A stretch of DNA of 64,000 nt from Geosiphon pyriformis uo1. Lineage: Eukaryota; Fungi; Glomeromycota. The position numbers and the translations under genes were made by a program. The stretch covers positions 1,351,595 to 1,415,594 of the forward strand of contig JAAOMT010000523.1 of the NCBI GenBank assembly GCA_016748015.1. The letters run 5' to 3'. This document shows, piece by piece, positions 60,907 to 64,000 of this stretch; the stretch's first letter is position 1; every line of letters begins with the position of its first letter. The notes below the pieces were generated by a model. The model did no database searches. It was not told the origin of the DNA and was given only the letters and a program-made list of their open reading frames with translations.

Positions 60907-62220
60907 ACAGCTACTTAACATATTTTGGATCTGACAAGTTTTTCAAAATTAATAACATTTTGATTAATAATAAGAAGACAATAGCCATTCTTATTAATTA
61001 AAAAATAAAAAATGTCTCATTATTAATAGGTAGTTTACCAATTTTCATTGCATAAAAAGAGGAGTTTTACAAATATCTTGGTATTTTTTTGTTTTTTAAA
61101 AGTTTGTTTAAACTTAGTTTAGCAAAAGCTTATTCAGATATCAAATTTTTTGCTAATATAATTTTAAAAAAAGCTATTTTGAATAAGCAGTTTTTTTATT
61201 TGGTTTCAGCAGTACTGCATCTTATTATTAATTACAAGACACAATTTAGTTTTGTTTTTAAGAGTGTATATAATAAATAAAACATGTTAATCAGGAAAAA
61301 TTTAAGAATAAAAACTGGCCTGTTCAAAGATTTTTCTAATAAGATCTTTCACAATTCATTTTTGAATAGTCTGAAATTTTTTGAGCAAATACAAGTAGAG
61401 AGCAAGTTAATTTCAGTGCTATAATTTTCAAAAGTTGATAAAATTTTTGGTCATTTGTTTAACCATAAATCTCTGAATTTGCAAGTCTTAAGTTGGTTTC
61501 CAATGCATTTTTTACAAATTTTTATTAGGCTAAAAATTAGTTCAGTTAATAACTTTTTGGTTAGTATAGTAAAAATTTTTTTGAATTATGATATATCTCT
61601 GAATAATATTCTCTTTTCTGCATTTTAGTTTTTAGAAAACACTCTGATGTCTTTTATTTTAGAAAATTCTGTGTTTTATAATATTTTTAAGTCATTTAAA
61701 AGATTTGGTATTGCTTTTATTAAACAATTATACAATAAAAAGAGGTTAGTTTTTGATTAAAAAAACTTTTGTCATTGGAAAAAGCTTGATCTTAGGAGTC
61801 CAGTTTCTGTGTAATTTAAACTTGTATGTAAATATTTAATTAACTCTCTTTGTCATTATAATATATAGCTTTTTTTTAACAGCTTCTAGCTTTCAAGTGT
61901 TTTCAATTTTAACAGTTTTTTACAGTGTGATAGTGTTTTTCTAATGTTAATTTGGATTTCATTAATATATACACAAATAAATTACTTAATAACTTAAAAA
62001 TACATAAGATAAAGTACAATGAAGTTGCATTTTTTGCTAACTTAAATCTGGATATTGGTGTGAAAATTGGTGAATTGATTTTTTTCACAATAGTTAAATT
62101 ACAGACTGTTTTGAATGCATATACTGCTAAATTAAGATTGGTATTTTCAGATTTCTACAATCAATGTTGAATAGAAAGACATAGTGTGATGAATTTTATT
62201 AAAAATAAAAGACTTGACAT

Positions 62221-63161
62221 TGTTACAAGTAATTATTTAAGATGTTGATACAAATAATAAATCTGTAACTTGATGCTTAATAGCTGGTACAATTGGTAAT
62301 TTCTGAAGATTTTTGTGATTTGAAGATTTTGGTTAAGTTTTTTGTATAATGAACAAAGATTCAATAATTGTTTTAGTAGTCTCTCAAAATAATTATTCTG
62401 TTAAATTTTTTTTTTCAACATGATAGCCAGTTTATTTTGACAGTTGTGTTCTTCTGATAAGCTATTCTTAATTTTTGAGTTCTCTATCCTTATTTCAGGG
62501 TCTTTTATTAGGCTATCTTTGATATCAAATTACTCAATGCTTAATTTTTTTAATTAGTTAGTAAACAACAATGAAAAAATAAATAAAATAAATAAAAAAA
62601 ATAAAAAATTAGTATTTTGTCAATAGCCATGATTAAGAGCTATTGTTTTAGTATAGTTAAGTATTGGATTCTATTAACATAGAATGTTGATAAAATAGAG
62701 ATAATAAATATTTCTTAATTAAATAACAATAACATGAATTTAGGTGATAATTAATATTTTATTGATATGTGATAAGATTTTGTTTTAAGTTGTAAAAAAC
62801 TACCTTTTAAAGAAAAAAATAAAATATAATTAATTAAGTATTAATTCTGAATTAAATTTTCGAATGAATTTTTGGATTAATTTTTTTTTTTTGCTTTTAA
62901 TACTCTCACTATATATATATATATATTTTTTGTTTTATAAGATCTCATATTTTTTGAGTAATGTATTCTAATTTACTAATATTGCTCATATTGCTAAGCA
63001 GTATGCCTTAATTTATTGACATTGCTCATATTGTTAAGCAGTATATTATAATTTGTTAGCAATGTATTATAGTTTTCTGACATTGTATTCACATATTAAT
63101 TACTATTCTTCTATTGGTCTATTTTCCTATTTGTTTTTTTTTGTATTTTTTATAAGTAATA
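62221..63161 (-). repeat. Solo LTR, family A-related
   Basis: TGTTACAAG...TAAGTAATA with collinear LTR-A motifs. TSD ACAT/ATAT (one C>T). The LINE RNase H frame rejoins across it: KRLD|MFWFKIKSH. Confidence 0.9.
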
Positions 63162-64000
63162 ATATGTTTTGGTTTAAAATCAAGAGCCATTTGTGTATTT
63201 CCAGTAATAAACATGCTGATAAGTTGGCCAATTTAGCTTTATGTTTGATTTTGGTATTTTTTGTTCTTGTTAAGAAAAATTATATTAAGATTAATAGGAT
63301 AAATGTGTCTGGAAATATTTGTCATTTTATTTATGATATTTTTAAGACTGTTCATTAGACTTGTTAGAATGTTAGATTTAAATTTAATATTATTAATATA
63401 AATATGATTGAAAATGTAAATTGAGATTAAACTTCATTAGTTTGGCACTCTAACTTGTATATAGCATCTGGTTTTATAAGTAAATATACTGCTAATCTGT
63501 ATTTGTATTTTATAAAGACTTTGTATCATTATTTGCCAGTTGCTGTTAAAAAATACTTGTATAGTCAAGTCTACTTTAGTGTTTTGTGTCTTTATTACAA
63601 GGAAATAAAACTTTTTAATCACTTATTTACATGTATAATAGATTTTGTTGTTTATAAAAAATTGAATAATTTGTATTTGATTTGATAAGTCTTTATATTG
63701 AAATTAAACTTGTTATTGGCTTGTATTATATAAATGCTTTCCATATGTGCTTTTAATCTTGAAATGTATATAGCTTTATGTAAAATTTTTTAGGAATTAA
63801 TATTTGAAAGCTTTGTCTGTTTTTGGCTGTGCTAAAATTGCTAGCAAGTTGATTATTAATCTGGTGAGAAACTTAAAAGTGGCTTATAGAATAAAAGTAT
63901 AGATGATAAAAGTTAGGTTTAAAATAAATATAGAAAAAAAAGATTTAATTGCAAATAATAGTTCAGTATCTCTTGAAACCTGTAAGTTTTTGTCATTACT

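Larger units (their letters stand above)
39000..64000 (+). mobile_element. LINE-4: 5' UTR at ~39000-39091, body resumes at 51883 and runs off the window; hosts LINE-3, A3 and a solo LTR
   Basis: The 5' UTR AAAAGTTTTTGAAAAAAGTTTTTTACTATTTAATATGATAAAT continues as CCAAACCATTTTTGCTT at 51883, exactly as in the LINE-1 5' UTR. ORF1 51900-53698; ORF2 ~53696-56040, 60911-62220 and 63166-64000. Confidence 0.85.

Overview
Eukaryotic, AT-rich, repeat-dominated window. It is probably fungal; the TE families and gene structure suggest Glomeromycotina/Mucoromycota (Geosiphon-like), which is inference only. One intact host gene is present: a 3-exon KCS1/IP6K-type inositol polyphosphate kinase (34929-37693, +) with a GC-AG intron, on a ~6 kb CpG-retaining island. 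Almost everything else is nested, C-to-T-eroded transposon DNA. (i) Ty3/Gypsy 'family A', all minus strand with 4-bp TSDs: two near-full copies (2204-12571, 40493-50738), one pol-deleted copy (56041-60906), a solo LTR (62221-63161) and a decayed LTR (~26258). Its order is gag-PR-Cys-rich domain-dUTPase-dUTPase-like domain-RT-RH-INT, followed by an extra ~220-aa ORF in the env position. (ii) Gypsy 'family B' with a different LTR: a pol-deleted copy (~27600-31574, +) and a solo LTR split by a LINE. (iii) Four RNase H-containing LINE copies. The right ~25 kb is one LINE inflated by a second LINE and three LTR insertions. (iv) The 3' end of a young Sola-like transposase, a pogo/Tigger relic, and a 57-bp tandem array that reads as a 19-aa repeat. 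An N gap at 11282-11301 with an exact 350-bp duplication is an assembly artefact. All alignments and tallies were done by eye.
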